Source: Candidatus Hodarchaeota archaeon
GTDB taxonomy: Archaea > Asgardarchaeota > Lokiarchaeia > Sigyniarchaeales > SOKP01
Length of the DNA stretch: 64,000 bases
Direction of reading: 5' to 3'
Assembly: GCA_048887225.1 (NCBI GenBank)
Contig: JBHLJY010000003.1
Coordinates: 32,001-96,000 of the forward strand
The notes under the pieces were generated by a model that did no database searches, had not been told where the DNA came from, and was given only the letters and a program-made list of their open reading frames with translations. A program made the translations under genes and the position numbers. Shown one piece after another: positions 19,423-29,681 of this stretch. The number at the start of each line of letters is the position of its first letter. Positions within the stretch are counted from its first letter, which is position 1.

Positions 19423-20916
19423 ATGAGTGAGGAAAGATTATATCAACCCGATTTTAGCAGTATTTTTGGAGAATCATATTCAAACGCTTTTCTTTATGGT
19501 CAAGTTGATACTCTAGTCTGGCCTATCTTTAATGACATTGAAATGTCTGACTCATTGAAAAATCTTTTAAAACTGACTAATAAAGAGGATCGAGAATATT
19601 TTTATCACAGAAAAATAAGTTTAGATGACGAAAAGATAGAATTAAATTGTTCTAATATAGATCTTGCGTTAATTCAGGCATTGGAATTAGGAAAAGAATA
19701 TGGTATAACTAACTCTGACGTTGTTGCCGTTGTAAAGAAAGATCCAAATATTTTTAAAGGGATTTTATCTTTTGATCTTCCAAATTCTTCGACCATTTCG
19801 GAGTTTATATCAGATTTAAAGAATATTGAAAAAGAAATAGATGTTGCTGGGATGGTTTTCTATCCTTCTTACACTAAATTAGATTTTACTGATGTAAAAA
19901 ATAATGCACTTGAAGAATTTTTAAAACACTGTAAGGAGAAGAATTATTTTATTAAAATTGATGTTGGAAATTTAATGCTCCCAGATAATTATCCTGAATT
20001 TACATCTTACAATAAAATCAAATCTCTTCTGTCGAGAAATCAAGAAAATATGTTTATCTTAAGCGGATTAGATATTTCTGGAGATTTTAATCTATATTAT
20101 CAACTATTAAAATATTATAATAATCTATGGATTGAAATAGATCCACGGTCTTTCGGAGGTATGACTCCAACCGATTTTTTTAAGCAAATTTTTAATTTAA
20201 AAGGATTCGTTCAAAATAGCTGGTATAGAGTATTAATAGGAAGTGCAACCCCAACATTAGAAATCCCACAAATTGTTAGAGGTTTTATAGAAGCTACTGA
20301 ACAACTTCCTTTTTCTCAAAAATGTATCTTGAGAACTTGGGCATTTCGAAATGTTAATAGATTAAATTCTTCTGTTTTTAGACCTATAATAAATGTTGAT
20401 TTAAAACAATATAGAACCATTTTGAACATCAATAAAATTAAAACTATTGAAAATGACAATGAAATTCACTTTATTTATAAAATTCAGCTTAGAAGCTATA
20501 GCATTACTCAATTAGTTTTTTTAACTAAATTAATTAATGAAGTTTTTAACGATACTATAAATAAAAATCCCAATTTACAGAACGGCGAGATGTTTATAAG
20601 ATCTTATCATACGACTACATCCTTACTTATTAACGAACATGAATATGGTAATTATCTTGATTTACATTACAAATTTGCTGAAATTTCAAAAAAAGATAGT
20701 TCTAACTTTTTACATACTGTCAGAGCCTTGGAAAATCGAGCAGACTTCAATCCTTATGATCATCAATTAGCCACCATCTACGGTAATAGGCAATTAATTC
20801 TTCCTATAATAAATAGAAAATTAGATATTGGTAATAGAGAAAACTTCTATATTTTAGTTACATTTGGACCAAGAGAATTTCAGCTATATATAAGAATTAA
20901 ATTCCTTAAGGAATAA
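19423..20916 (+). CDS. Degenerate amidohydrolase-like TIM barrel fused to a C-terminal YjbQ/UPF0047 domain
   Basis: N-terminal region patterned like Amidohydro_2 (GMVFYP, YNNLWIEI, RVLIGS, NVNRL). C-terminal HTTTSLLINE...LILPIINRKLDIG...FGPRE matches YjbQ. Confidence 0.7.
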   Translation: MSEERLYQPDFSSIFGESYSNAFLYGQVDTLVWPIFNDIEMSDSLKNLLKLTNKEDREYFYHRKISLDDEKIELNCSNIDLALIQALELGKEYGITNSDVVAVVKKDPNIFKGILSFDLPNSSTISEFISDLKNIEKEIDVAGMVFYPSYTKLDFTDVKNNALEEFLKHCKEKNYFIKIDVGNLMLPDNYPEFTSYNKIKSLLSRNQENMFILSGLDISGDFNLYYQLLKYYNNLWIEIDPRSFGGMTPTDFFKQIFNLKGFVQNSWYRVLIGSATPTLEIPQIVRGFIEATEQLPFSQKCILRTWAFRNVNRLNSSVFRPIINVDLKQYRTILNINKIKTIENDNEIHFIYKIQLRSYSITQLVFLTKLINEVFNDTINKNPNLQNGEMFIRSYHTTTSLLINEHEYGNYLDLHYKFAEISKKDSSNFLHTVRALENRADFNPYDHQLATIYGNRQLILPIINRKLDIGNRENFYILVTFGPREFQLYIRIKFLKE

Positions 20917-21273
20917 TAAAAAAGAAAATTACTTATTTTTTAAATATAGCAATTAATTTACTTAGCTTTAAGAGCAGAGTAATTGAAATTAAATTTTTTG
21001 CTACAATTACGAAAAATTTTCATATTTAAACTTATCTATAAAAATTTGAATTTCATTTATAAAAATCGGAAAAAATCAAACATTTAAATATGAGAAAAAG
21101 GTATATTTCATAGATATTTTTTTTAATTGGATGATTTTATATGAACAATTATCTATTTGTTTCAAAGAGTATTTTAATAAAAAATCATCTAGGTAATTTT
21201 TCATATTTAAATGAAAATTAAGTTTTAAAAGCTTTAATTCTAATAACTTATCAATTAAGAATATAATAAAAAT

Positions 21274-22740
21274 ATGGTTTATAATAGCGATATAATGTCT
21301 GACGACGATGAAGAAAAAGACAGTAAAGCGGAAAAGGATATCGATAAAGTAGATAAAGAGTTCTTGTCCAAAGCTAAAAACTCAAGAGATATGATTGATA
21401 AAAAGTTGAAAACCTTCGAGAACACGATTAATGATATTTCAGAGAAAATTAAAGAAGATAAAGAAATACACAAAGAAGAGGACAAAAAAGAATTCTCTCA
21501 AATTCAAAAAGATATGAAAGAAGCACAGATTCAATTTGAGTCCATTTCAAAAAAAATAGCAGACAAAAAAGATTATCTCTCGGCTTTAGAAGAAAAAATT
21601 GCTGAGCTTGAAGAAAATTATAATCGGAAAATCGAAGAAAATACTACTTTAGAAGAGCAATTAAAAATTACAAGGGAAAGTAAAGAGACATTAGACGAAG
21701 AATATAAAGAACTACTTAAAAACAATGAAGAATTAGTAAAAACTTATGAAAATAGACAAGTTGATTTGATTGTCCTTACAGACAGTATAAAGGAAAAAGT
21801 TGCAACTCAAGAGGACTTAAGAGCAAAAATCTCTAAATTAAATAAAGAAATTGAGGAACAGGAAAATAACATCGTCAAGCAAAAAGAAGAGGCAGAAATG
21901 ATTGAGAAAAAATTGAAAAGTCTTAGAACTGAAAGCGATAATATTAAATTATCTATTGATAAAAATAAAATTGAGTACCACCATAGTGAAGAATTAGCAG
22001 AGGCAAAAGAAGCAGAGTTAAAACTATTAAACGAACAATTAGAAAAAAAAGAAGAAAGAATAAAAGAAATTGAAGCCTTGGTTAAAGAGTATCATGAAGG
22101 CTTTCCCGAAATGGAAAAACAAAAGCAAACGTATGAAGAACTTCTTGAAAAATATAAAACTCAACTGACAGAAAAGCAACAAACTATGATTGATATTGAA
22201 TCTCGGATACAAGAGCTAAACGAATCTATGGAAGAAATACAAGAACAAATTAACGGAAAAGAAGATTTAATCAATGTTAGTGAAAAAAGATTAGAAGATA
22301 TAAAAACCGCTATTGAAGAATCAACTGTAGAGTATAAGGAGAGAGAAGATCGGCTTATTGCTTTAACTGAGAAAATTGATCATTTAAAGCCAGATTACGA
22401 GAAATTAGTTAATACAAAAGAAGTTATTGAAAAAAGTATTGGTGATTCTCGCGCACTTTTTCAGAATCTAAAAGATGAATTAGAATCTCAAGAGAAAGAA
22501 ATCAGAGATAAAGAAGCGAGAATTCATCGATTAGAATTTTTATCGTTTATATATAGAGCGTCAAAGTTTTTTGGTGGGATTTTAATAGTCTTAGGTATTA
22601 TTTTTATAATTTTAAGTATTGGCTATCTTGTTAATATTGTAAACTTTGGAGATGCTAATAACTTTTTCATCTTTATTTTTTTGATAATCGCTGCTGGGTG
22701 TAGTATTCTCTCAGGAATATTTCACCTAGAGAAATCTTAA
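21274..22740 (+). CDS. Long coiled-coil protein with two C-terminal TM helices
   Basis: About 410 aa of E/K/L/I heptads followed by two hydrophobic helices; no signal peptide. Confidence 0.85.
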   Translation: MVYNSDIMSDDDEEKDSKAEKDIDKVDKEFLSKAKNSRDMIDKKLKTFENTINDISEKIKEDKEIHKEEDKKEFSQIQKDMKEAQIQFESISKKIADKKDYLSALEEKIAELEENYNRKIEENTTLEEQLKITRESKETLDEEYKELLKNNEELVKTYENRQVDLIVLTDSIKEKVATQEDLRAKISKLNKEIEEQENNIVKQKEEAEMIEKKLKSLRTESDNIKLSIDKNKIEYHHSEELAEAKEAELKLLNEQLEKKEERIKEIEALVKEYHEGFPEMEKQKQTYEELLEKYKTQLTEKQQTMIDIESRIQELNESMEEIQEQINGKEDLINVSEKRLEDIKTAIEESTVEYKEREDRLIALTEKIDHLKPDYEKLVNTKEVIEKSIGDSRALFQNLKDELESQEKEIRDKEARIHRLEFLSFIYRASKFFGGILIVLGIIFIILSIGYLVNIVNFGDANNFFIFIFLIIAAGCSILSGIFHLEKS

Positions 22741-22818
22741 ATCATAAAACTTCTTTAAATTTAATAGCTAGATCTAATGTATAAAATTTCAAATTTTAAA
22801 ATTTAGATGAATTAAGGT

Positions 22819-24714
22819 TTGAACGAGTCAGAATCAGAAGTAATTCCACTTGAAGTTGAGAAAAAATATGGAATAAAAGCTGGAGTTCTATATGGAATAG
22901 GTTGTGGAATTGGAGGTTCGATATTTATTCTCTTAGGTACAGGAATCGGTATAGCGGGACCTGGTGTTTTAATAAGTTTATTACTTGGAGGAATTTTGAT
23001 TTTATTGATTGCCTTAAATTATTCCGAGCTTTCAGCGAGTCTGCCAATTTCTGGTGGCGCATATAATTTTAGTAAAGAAGGTATAGGTGGTTTTTCAGCA
23101 TATATTATAGGTTTTTTTTTATGGATTGCTAATATCGCCACATGTTCCTTTTCAGCCCAAGCATTAGCTTTAATAATCGTGATATTTTTTCCTTTCTTGA
23201 ATAATTATATATTTATAATCATTATTTCAGTGTTTTCAGTTTTATTCATAAGTATAGTATTTTTCAGGACTCAAAGATTTGCTGTAAGAACTTTAATCAT
23301 ACTAACAATAATTTTAATAGCAATTTTTTGTATTTTTATTCTCTCGGGATTATTAATTTCTCCATATACTAATGTATCTGGGTATAATCCTAATTTTATT
23401 TATTCTAAATCAAACTTTTTCGGTGTAATACAAATGTTTGCTCTTCTCTTTATATTTTTTACTTCAATTACATCAAATTTAGCATATTTTAACATAGATT
23501 TAAAAAATCCATCGAAAAACATTCTAAAAGTAAATATTCTTGCAATATTAATAACCTTATTAATTTATTTATCAATAAGCTATGTTGTATTAATCAATGT
23601 TGGCAATAAAATAGACAGAATAGGCGATTCTCCTATTTTATTAGGGGAAATCTTGTTCGATATATTAGGATCTGTAGGTTTTTATCTTATGGGTATAGCT
23701 GCTATTATATCAATCTTAATTGCTATGAACGCGGCTCTTGGTTCTGCTGTTAGCGTTTTTCAAGCTTTATCAAGAGATCATTATTTCCCAAAGATTTTTA
23801 ACGAAGTGAGTAAAAAATCTAATGTTCCAGTATATTCATTAATAATCACAACAATTATAGTAATAATTTTTACGTTTATTGCAACAATTTTTGCTAATAT
23901 TGGATTTACGGCCGGAATAACTATTTTCATATATTTTTTTGGATTAGCATTTGTTAATTTAGCTGCAGTTAATTTAAGATATAAGAGGAAAGAGTTAGAT
24001 CGACCATTTAAAGCACCATTTTTTCCTTTTTTACCAATTATTGTAGCAATAACTTGCCTAATATTAGCGTTTATTTTAGAGCCCAGTGCAATTATTTTAG
24101 GCTTAATTATATTTGCTATTGCGGTAATTTACTATTTATTAACTATAGCTGATCGTTATTCTTTAGTAATTACATTTGCGGGAATAAAATTAATTTCTTT
24201 AATATTTGTAGGTCTTTTCATTTGGATTATTAATAATATAAGCGTAATAAGTGTGTCTATTACCGGATTTAATATCTTTTTTCATTATGTTCTTTTGCGA
24301 ATATTAATATTTATTTGTATTTTCACAATTGGGACAATATTACTTGATTTAGTACCACTTCGAGAGTTAATTTATTTTTTTACTAAAAAATTAGATAAAG
24401 AAAGAGTTGCAATTGACCTTGGATTCGGGCAAATAATTGAATTAGATAAAATGAGATTAAAAATTCTTCAAAGGGTAAATTTAGCTATAGCAATTGGTCA
24501 AATAATATCCTCGTTATTTATTTTCTTTATGATTTATTTATTTGGAATGGAGATTGTCTCAATTGAAAAAATTACTCTCGGAAATATAAATATTAGTCAT
24601 ATAATGGCAGAATATTTATGGCTGACCTGTTTAATTTTATTAGGAAGTTCTCTCTTGGTTAGTGGTGTTTTAATGATATATATAAATCGCGAAGTACTAT
24701 CGCTTGGAGTTTAA
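22819..24714 (+). CDS. APC-family amino acid permease with extra C-terminal TM helices
   Basis: GIGGSIF, YSELSASLPISGGAY, LSRDHYFP, RPFKAP. Confidence 0.9.
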   Translation: MNESESEVIPLEVEKKYGIKAGVLYGIGCGIGGSIFILLGTGIGIAGPGVLISLLLGGILILLIALNYSELSASLPISGGAYNFSKEGIGGFSAYIIGFFLWIANIATCSFSAQALALIIVIFFPFLNNYIFIIIISVFSVLFISIVFFRTQRFAVRTLIILTIILIAIFCIFILSGLLISPYTNVSGYNPNFIYSKSNFFGVIQMFALLFIFFTSITSNLAYFNIDLKNPSKNILKVNILAILITLLIYLSISYVVLINVGNKIDRIGDSPILLGEILFDILGSVGFYLMGIAAIISILIAMNAALGSAVSVFQALSRDHYFPKIFNEVSKKSNVPVYSLIITTIIVIIFTFIATIFANIGFTAGITIFIYFFGLAFVNLAAVNLRYKRKELDRPFKAPFFPFLPIIVAITCLILAFILEPSAIILGLIIFAIAVIYYLLTIADRYSLVITFAGIKLISLIFVGLFIWIINNISVISVSITGFNIFFHYVLLRILIFICIFTIGTILLDLVPLRELIYFFTKKLDKERVAIDLGFGQIIELDKMRLKILQRVNLAIAIGQIISSLFIFFMIYLFGMEIVSIEKITLGNINISHIMAEYLWLTCLILLGSSLLVSGVLMIYINREVLSLGV

Positions 24715-24758
24715 TATCAAAAGAAGAAGATAATTAATCTAAAAAATTCTTTTTTAAA

Positions 24759-25487
24759 ATGGATTTTCCGAAAATAAATCTTCATACCCATACGATTTTT
24801 TCTGATGGTAGAAATAGCATTAAAGAAATCGTAATGAAATCTCTCAAGAAGGGATTAAATTATCTTGCCATTACTGATCATTTTTCAAATTCATGGAAAT
24901 CTGGTATAATTTCTACATTAAACACGACTGAAAAAATTCAGGAATACTTAAAACAGATATCAGATTGTCAGAACTTCTTAAAAAATACTAATAAAACTAT
25001 GAAACTCTACAAAGGTATTGAAATCGATATTGGAAGTTCATTTAATTTTATAAAAAGGTTTATCCAACCAGTCAAATTTAATTTAATCTTATTTGAATAT
25101 CTCGAAACTCCAGAAGGTTTAGCATATATTAGAAATATAATTGAATATTGGAAAAAAACCACTCCTATTAATAATAAATTTCCATTATTAGGCTTAGCTC
25201 ATTTCGATCCATCAAGTTTTATGTATCAAGGCCTAGATCAATTAATATTTTTTCTAAAAGAATATAATATATATTTCGAGTTTAACTCAAGTTATTACGA
25301 ATATTTTTCTCGAAGAAATGAATTATTTTTTCAAAAATTAAAAAAACAAAATATACCTGTAGCTATAGGGAGCGATGCTCATAATTCAAGGGGATTGGAT
25401 GAAATAGGAGAACCTTATGAAATGATTAAAGTTTATAATCTTGAGAAAAACTTAGAAGTATTTTTGGAAAATTTGAAAAAGAGATAA
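24759..25487 (+). CDS. PHP-domain phosphoesterase
   Basis: NLHTHTIFSDG, AITDH, GIEID, LAH, GSDAH. Confidence 0.9.
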   Translation: MDFPKINLHTHTIFSDGRNSIKEIVMKSLKKGLNYLAITDHFSNSWKSGIISTLNTTEKIQEYLKQISDCQNFLKNTNKTMKLYKGIEIDIGSSFNFIKRFIQPVKFNLILFEYLETPEGLAYIRNIIEYWKKTTPINNKFPLLGLAHFDPSSFMYQGLDQLIFFLKEYNIYFEFNSSYYEYFSRRNELFFQKLKKQNIPVAIGSDAHNSRGLDEIGEPYEMIKVYNLEKNLEVFLENLKKR

Positions 25488-25510
25488 TTAAGAAATTATT
25501 GGTTTCTTGA

Positions 25511-25942
25511 TTAAATTGAAAAATTTAATTTGATTTTTCCACTCATTACTTTGTCACCACCTAGTTTTTCTGCTTGGTATTCACAATCTACAATTTTTTT
25601 ATTATTTTTAGTCTTGATGTCAGAAATCTTTCCTTTAAATACTATTACGTCGTCTGGATAAACGGGATTCTCAAATTTTACGGTAATATTACTTAATGCT
25701 TTTATATTACTATCAATCCAATCAATTATCCATTTAGGGATAAAAGAAAATAAAAAATTGCCAGCTACAAGAACATCATTATAGCCTAATCTTTGCACAT
25801 AAATTTTACTAAGATGCATTGGATTAATTTCCCCTATTAATCTGTTATATTGCTTATAGGTTTTTTTATCAACTTTTACATTTAGAGGTGGAATAAGTTG
25901 CCCTATTTTTATCGTATTTAGATCCAATTTTTTATCCAACAT
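25511..25942 (-). CDS. MaoC-family hot-dog dehydratase subunit
   Basis: GEINPMH, G..DVLVAG, VKFENPVYPDD. Confidence 0.85.
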   Translation of the reverse strand: MLDKKLDLNTIKIGQLIPPLNVKVDKKTYKQYNRLIGEINPMHLSKIYVQRLGYNDVLVAGNFLFSFIPKWIIDWIDSNIKALSNITVKFENPVYPDDVIVFKGKISDIKTKNNKKIVDCEYQAEKLGGDKVMSGKIKLNFSI

Positions 25943-25966
25943 TTTAAGTGCATCTAATTTTATTTA

Positions 25967-26458
25967 TTATAATCTGAAAAAACATATATGATTATCAATG
26001 GCATAAATATTATTATTTTCATCTAAAACAGAAAATTTAAAAGTTATAGAACAGTAAACTCCCTTCTTTCCTTTTTTTTCAATTGGTTCTGATAGTTCTA
26101 CTTTTATTGTGTATTTTTTATTCATTAAAAGTGGCATAAAAAATTCTACTTCTGATCCCACATGTATAAATGCTTTAACCAAATTTGAGAATAAATCTGG
26201 TCCACTTTTAGTTAGAATTTGCTGAACTAAAGGATTTGTAAGACTCATTAAATAACCTGGATGGATTATTTTACTTTCAAAACCTGCTTTAATTGCTGTT
26301 GAATCGTCTCGAAAAATTAAATTGTTATCTTCAATCAATTCGCAATATTTTACAATCTCCATTTCATCTTGATCAATTTCTGTAATACCAATATCTTCCA
26401 TATTTTTTTTCAATCGCATATTAAGTTCTTCTATTTTTGATGAACTAATGTTTGTCAT
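25967..26458 (-). CDS. MaoC-N/FAS1-like dehydratase partner subunit
   Basis: EDNNLIFRDD..A.KAGF, IHVGSEVEFFMPL; tandem with the MaoC gene. Confidence 0.75.
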   Translation of the reverse strand: MTNISSSKIEELNMRLKKNMEDIGITEIDQDEMEIVKYCELIEDNNLIFRDDSTAIKAGFESKIIHPGYLMSLTNPLVQQILTKSGPDLFSNLVKAFIHVGSEVEFFMPLLMNKKYTIKVELSEPIEKKGKKGVYCSITFKFSVLDENNNIYAIDNHICFFRL

Positions 26459-26581
26459 AGATTAAACTCTTTTAAAAAGAATTTTTAAATAATCAAATTT
26501 TCACAATTTAATTCCTTTTATTAATAATGAAAGTAAACATAATAATTATCTTTTTATAATCGAAGTTTCTTAGTTTATATT

Positions 26582-27334
26582 ATGGATTTAGAAGAAAAAA
26601 TTGAATTAGCTGCAAAATGGGTCGCCGATTCAAAAAAGTTAGTGGTTTTTACAGGTGCAGGAATATCAACAGATAGCGGATTACCGGATTATAGGGGACC
26701 AGAGGGTGTTTGGACAAGACGCGATAAAGGGTTACCTCCACCTAAATCACCTCCGTGGGATCAAGTAACACCTAATGCTGGACATATGGTTATTGTGGAT
26801 TTATTAAAAATGGGAAAATTAGATTATCTTATCTCTCAAAATGTTGATGGACTCCACGCAAAATCAGGAATCCCTTTTGAAATCATGGCAGAATTACATG
26901 GAAACATGTACTTCATGAAATGTTTAGGGGATTGTGGAAAAAAAATGACATTTGAAGATGCTGGATGGGATAAAAAAAAGTGGGGGAAAGGATATCTCAC
27001 CAATCGGATAAGAAAAGATCAGCCTAATTGCCCTAACTGTGGGGGAAGACTTATTAATAGTATTGTGAACTTTGGAGATCCTTTACCTCAAGACGAATTA
27101 TATGAATCAATAAGAAGATCTGAACAATCAGATGTTTTTTTTGTTATCGGATCTTCCTTAGTCGTAACACCTGCGGCTAGTATGCCTGGGATTGCAAAAA
27201 AAAATGGGGCGAAGCTAATTATTTTGAATGCGGGTGAAACGCCTTATGATCAAGTAGCTGACTTAAGATTTTTTAATACAATAAGTGAAGTACTTCCTCC
27301 AATCATGGAAAAAGTAAAAGCTATGGTTAATTAG
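26582..27334 (+). CDS. Sir2-family NAD-dependent deacylase
   Basis: GAGISTDSGLPDYRG, SQNVDGLH, ELHGN, Zn-binding Cys pairs, FGDPL, GSSL. Confidence 0.95.
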   Translation: MDLEEKIELAAKWVADSKKLVVFTGAGISTDSGLPDYRGPEGVWTRRDKGLPPPKSPPWDQVTPNAGHMVIVDLLKMGKLDYLISQNVDGLHAKSGIPFEIMAELHGNMYFMKCLGDCGKKMTFEDAGWDKKKWGKGYLTNRIRKDQPNCPNCGGRLINSIVNFGDPLPQDELYESIRRSEQSDVFFVIGSSLVVTPAASMPGIAKKNGAKLIILNAGETPYDQVADLRFFNTISEVLPPIMEKVKAMVN

Positions 27335-27343
27335 AGGCTTTAC

Positions 27344-28987
27344 TTATTTTAACTTAGCAAAAATTTTTTTATTTCTGTCGACTTCTTTGAGAATTCTTCT
27401 TCCTTCTTGATTAGATAAGGATAAATTAATATCACTACTTCTACTTAATGAACCTGTAAAAATAAGCTCATTTTCTGCAAAGACTTCAATGTTTTGACTC
27501 GCATATTGAGGATCTGCTTGAATTATAATTTTTTTTTTATCAATTGTAATGTCTAATTCAATCATTTTTTTCATTGATTTCTTCTTTTTATTCGGGAATT
27601 CTGAGAGTTTTTTCCCTCTCCTTGGTTTTATCGGGACTATTACTACATCTTGACCAAAAGAATAAATCTCATATTTTAATTGCCCAGTACCATAATCTCT
27701 AACATCAACAACGGGGCGCGCTAAGTCTTTATCTCTAAATCCATTTGGAACCTTTACTGTCATTTTCAGGACTAAAACATTGGTAATATCTCCTCCTTCT
27801 ATGAAAATAATTGTATCAATAATAGAAGGAAGCATTCCTAGTTCTACACGACCTATAAATCTCTGGATGGCATCTATAGCGGAGGAAGAATGAACCACTC
27901 CTATCATACCTACTCCTGATAAACGAAAATCAGCATAAATTTCAAAATCTTTTGTAGTTCTCACCTCGTCAAAAATAGTATAATCAGGTCTTACAAGCAG
28001 TAAAACGTCCGCAGAATTTTCTAGACTTCCTTCAAGCTTAGTATATTGTGTGATCTCTGGTTCAACTTGTAAATCTCTAACACTTTCTAATGTTTTTACT
28101 ACTTTGTCTCGTTCTAAATAATAATTTGCCAATGCTGCTGAAAACGTTGATTTTCCCGCACCTGGCGACCCCGCTACTAAAATACCTTCTGCCTTTTGTA
28201 ATCTTTCTCTTAATCTACTATCAATACTATAATCATTTAAAGTTAAGCTAACTAAAGGGCGGACTGCTGTAATTTCCACATCATTAGAAAAGGGAGGTCG
28301 AGTGATGACAATTCTAAATTCTCGTAATTGTGCAACTACGGCGCCTTCTTTTTCGATTTCGATAAAGGAACGTTCATCTTCTCTAACATTTTCTATTATT
28401 TCAAGAGCAATATCTTCTATTAATTTATTGTTAATAGACTCATGATCTACCTTTACTAAATGCCAATCACCTGGAGCACCTTTTTTCGCATAAGGGGGCA
28501 AACCTCGTTTAAGATGAACACTCATAGTTGTCTCATCAAAATAATCAAAAATCTTGAGCTTTAAAGATTCTTTTCTAAGGGGTGGCTTCTTTTCCCAAGC
28601 AAATAAAACTTCTAAACCCTCAAAAATACCTACATCCCCTTGAATTCTATCTGCCGTAATTAATATAGCATTGTTTTCTAAAGCAGATTTCCGTATTAAT
28701 GCATCGAGCTCCCCACCTGGACTCATTTTTATTTCCTCTCTCGTTGGGCGACTCCCTATGATTTTCAAATTAATTTTTTTCTCATTATGAAGTTCTCGTA
28801 ATTCTTTTAAGATATTAAGCCCGTAAAATCCTATCTCTTTTTGAATATTTGTACGATATTCAACTTCTGCAATAACAATATTAGAAATAATGATTTCTGG
28901 ATTGTCTCCCAATTCTCCATCCTCAATAAGACTTAGAATCTGACCATTAAAAATAACAGAAGTGTCACATGCAAATTTATCTGGCAT
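27344..28987 (-). CDS. PIN-domain ATPase (PINA/VapC-ATPase family)
   Basis: N-terminal PIN (DTSV, GELDALIR, TAD), GSPGAGKST, LLVRPDYTIFDE, VELGMLP, DLARPV. Confidence 0.9.
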   Translation of the reverse strand: MPDKFACDTSVIFNGQILSLIEDGELGDNPEIIISNIVIAEVEYRTNIQKEIGFYGLNILKELRELHNEKKINLKIIGSRPTREEIKMSPGGELDALIRKSALENNAILITADRIQGDVGIFEGLEVLFAWEKKPPLRKESLKLKIFDYFDETTMSVHLKRGLPPYAKKGAPGDWHLVKVDHESINNKLIEDIALEIIENVREDERSFIEIEKEGAVVAQLREFRIVITRPPFSNDVEITAVRPLVSLTLNDYSIDSRLRERLQKAEGILVAGSPGAGKSTFSAALANYYLERDKVVKTLESVRDLQVEPEITQYTKLEGSLENSADVLLLVRPDYTIFDEVRTTKDFEIYADFRLSGVGMIGVVHSSSAIDAIQRFIGRVELGMLPSIIDTIIFIEGGDITNVLVLKMTVKVPNGFRDKDLARPVVDVRDYGTGQLKYEIYSFGQDVVIVPIKPRRGKKLSEFPNKKKKSMKKMIELDITIDKKKIIIQADPQYASQNIEVFAENELIFTGSLSRSSDINLSLSNQEGRRILKEVDRNKKIFAKLK

Positions 28988-29582
28988 TAAAATCAGAATT
29001 GATATCTTTATTCATAATCTGAAAATTCTTCACATTGTAATAAATAGGCTTACTTAACCTGTCTACTGTTGCAACAATTAGTTCCTTGCGAGAACTCATG
29101 GCAACTCTAGAAATTTTGTCTAAATCTCTTAATTCTATCGGATCTCCCTCAAAAACGGGGAAAATTAAATATTTAGCGGAATCTTTTTCGTAATCTGCAC
29201 CTCTTTTATACACCCGAAATTCAATTCCATCTCCATATCCCGTACGAACTATATATCCTCTCTTTCTTAAATCCATATAGATTATGTACTTATGCCATAA
29301 TTTTTCGTCAAATTGAGTAAAATAAGTTAAAATATCTTCAAAATTGTATTGCTTCTTATTCTTATCATTATCTTCCCATATCAATATCCTATGCCTTTCA
29401 CTAAGGAGTAATACTTCAACAGAATCTAAAATTAAAATTTCTTTTCCTTCCCTATTTTTTTCAACATTCCCTATATATGAAATTTTGTAAAATTCTTCAA
29501 TTCCTGCAAGATCCGAAATCAATACTTTATCTTTCTCTATTGCGCCTTCTACTTGTATTTTCTCATCAGATTTTTCTGTCAT
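28977..29582 (-). CDS. endA: tRNA-splicing endonuclease subunit, probably non-catalytic/structural
   Basis: YMDLRKRGYIVRTG...FRVY..G...KYLI...SRKELIVA. Ser sits at the position of the catalytic His (KDSAKYL versus canonical KEHSxYL). Confidence 0.8.
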   Translation of the reverse strand: MTEKSDEKIQVEGAIEKDKVLISDLAGIEEFYKISYIGNVEKNREGKEILILDSVEVLLLSERHRILIWEDNDKNKKQYNFEDILTYFTQFDEKLWHKYIIYMDLRKRGYIVRTGYGDGIEFRVYKRGADYEKDSAKYLIFPVFEGDPIELRDLDKISRVAMSSRKELIVATVDRLSKPIYYNVKNFQIMNKDINSDFNAR

Positions 29583-29681
29583 ATCCTAATTGATCAATTA
29601 TATTTTCTAATTAATGAATTTAATCATTTCTTTACCCAATTAGAAAAATTAATTTGGTATCGAGTATTTTTTTCCTTAACT

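Noticed and set aside
20917-21273. Long AT-rich intergenic region considered as a replication origin or ncRNA
   Set aside because: No ORB-like repeats, no adjacent cdc6/orc1 gene and no GC-rich stems.
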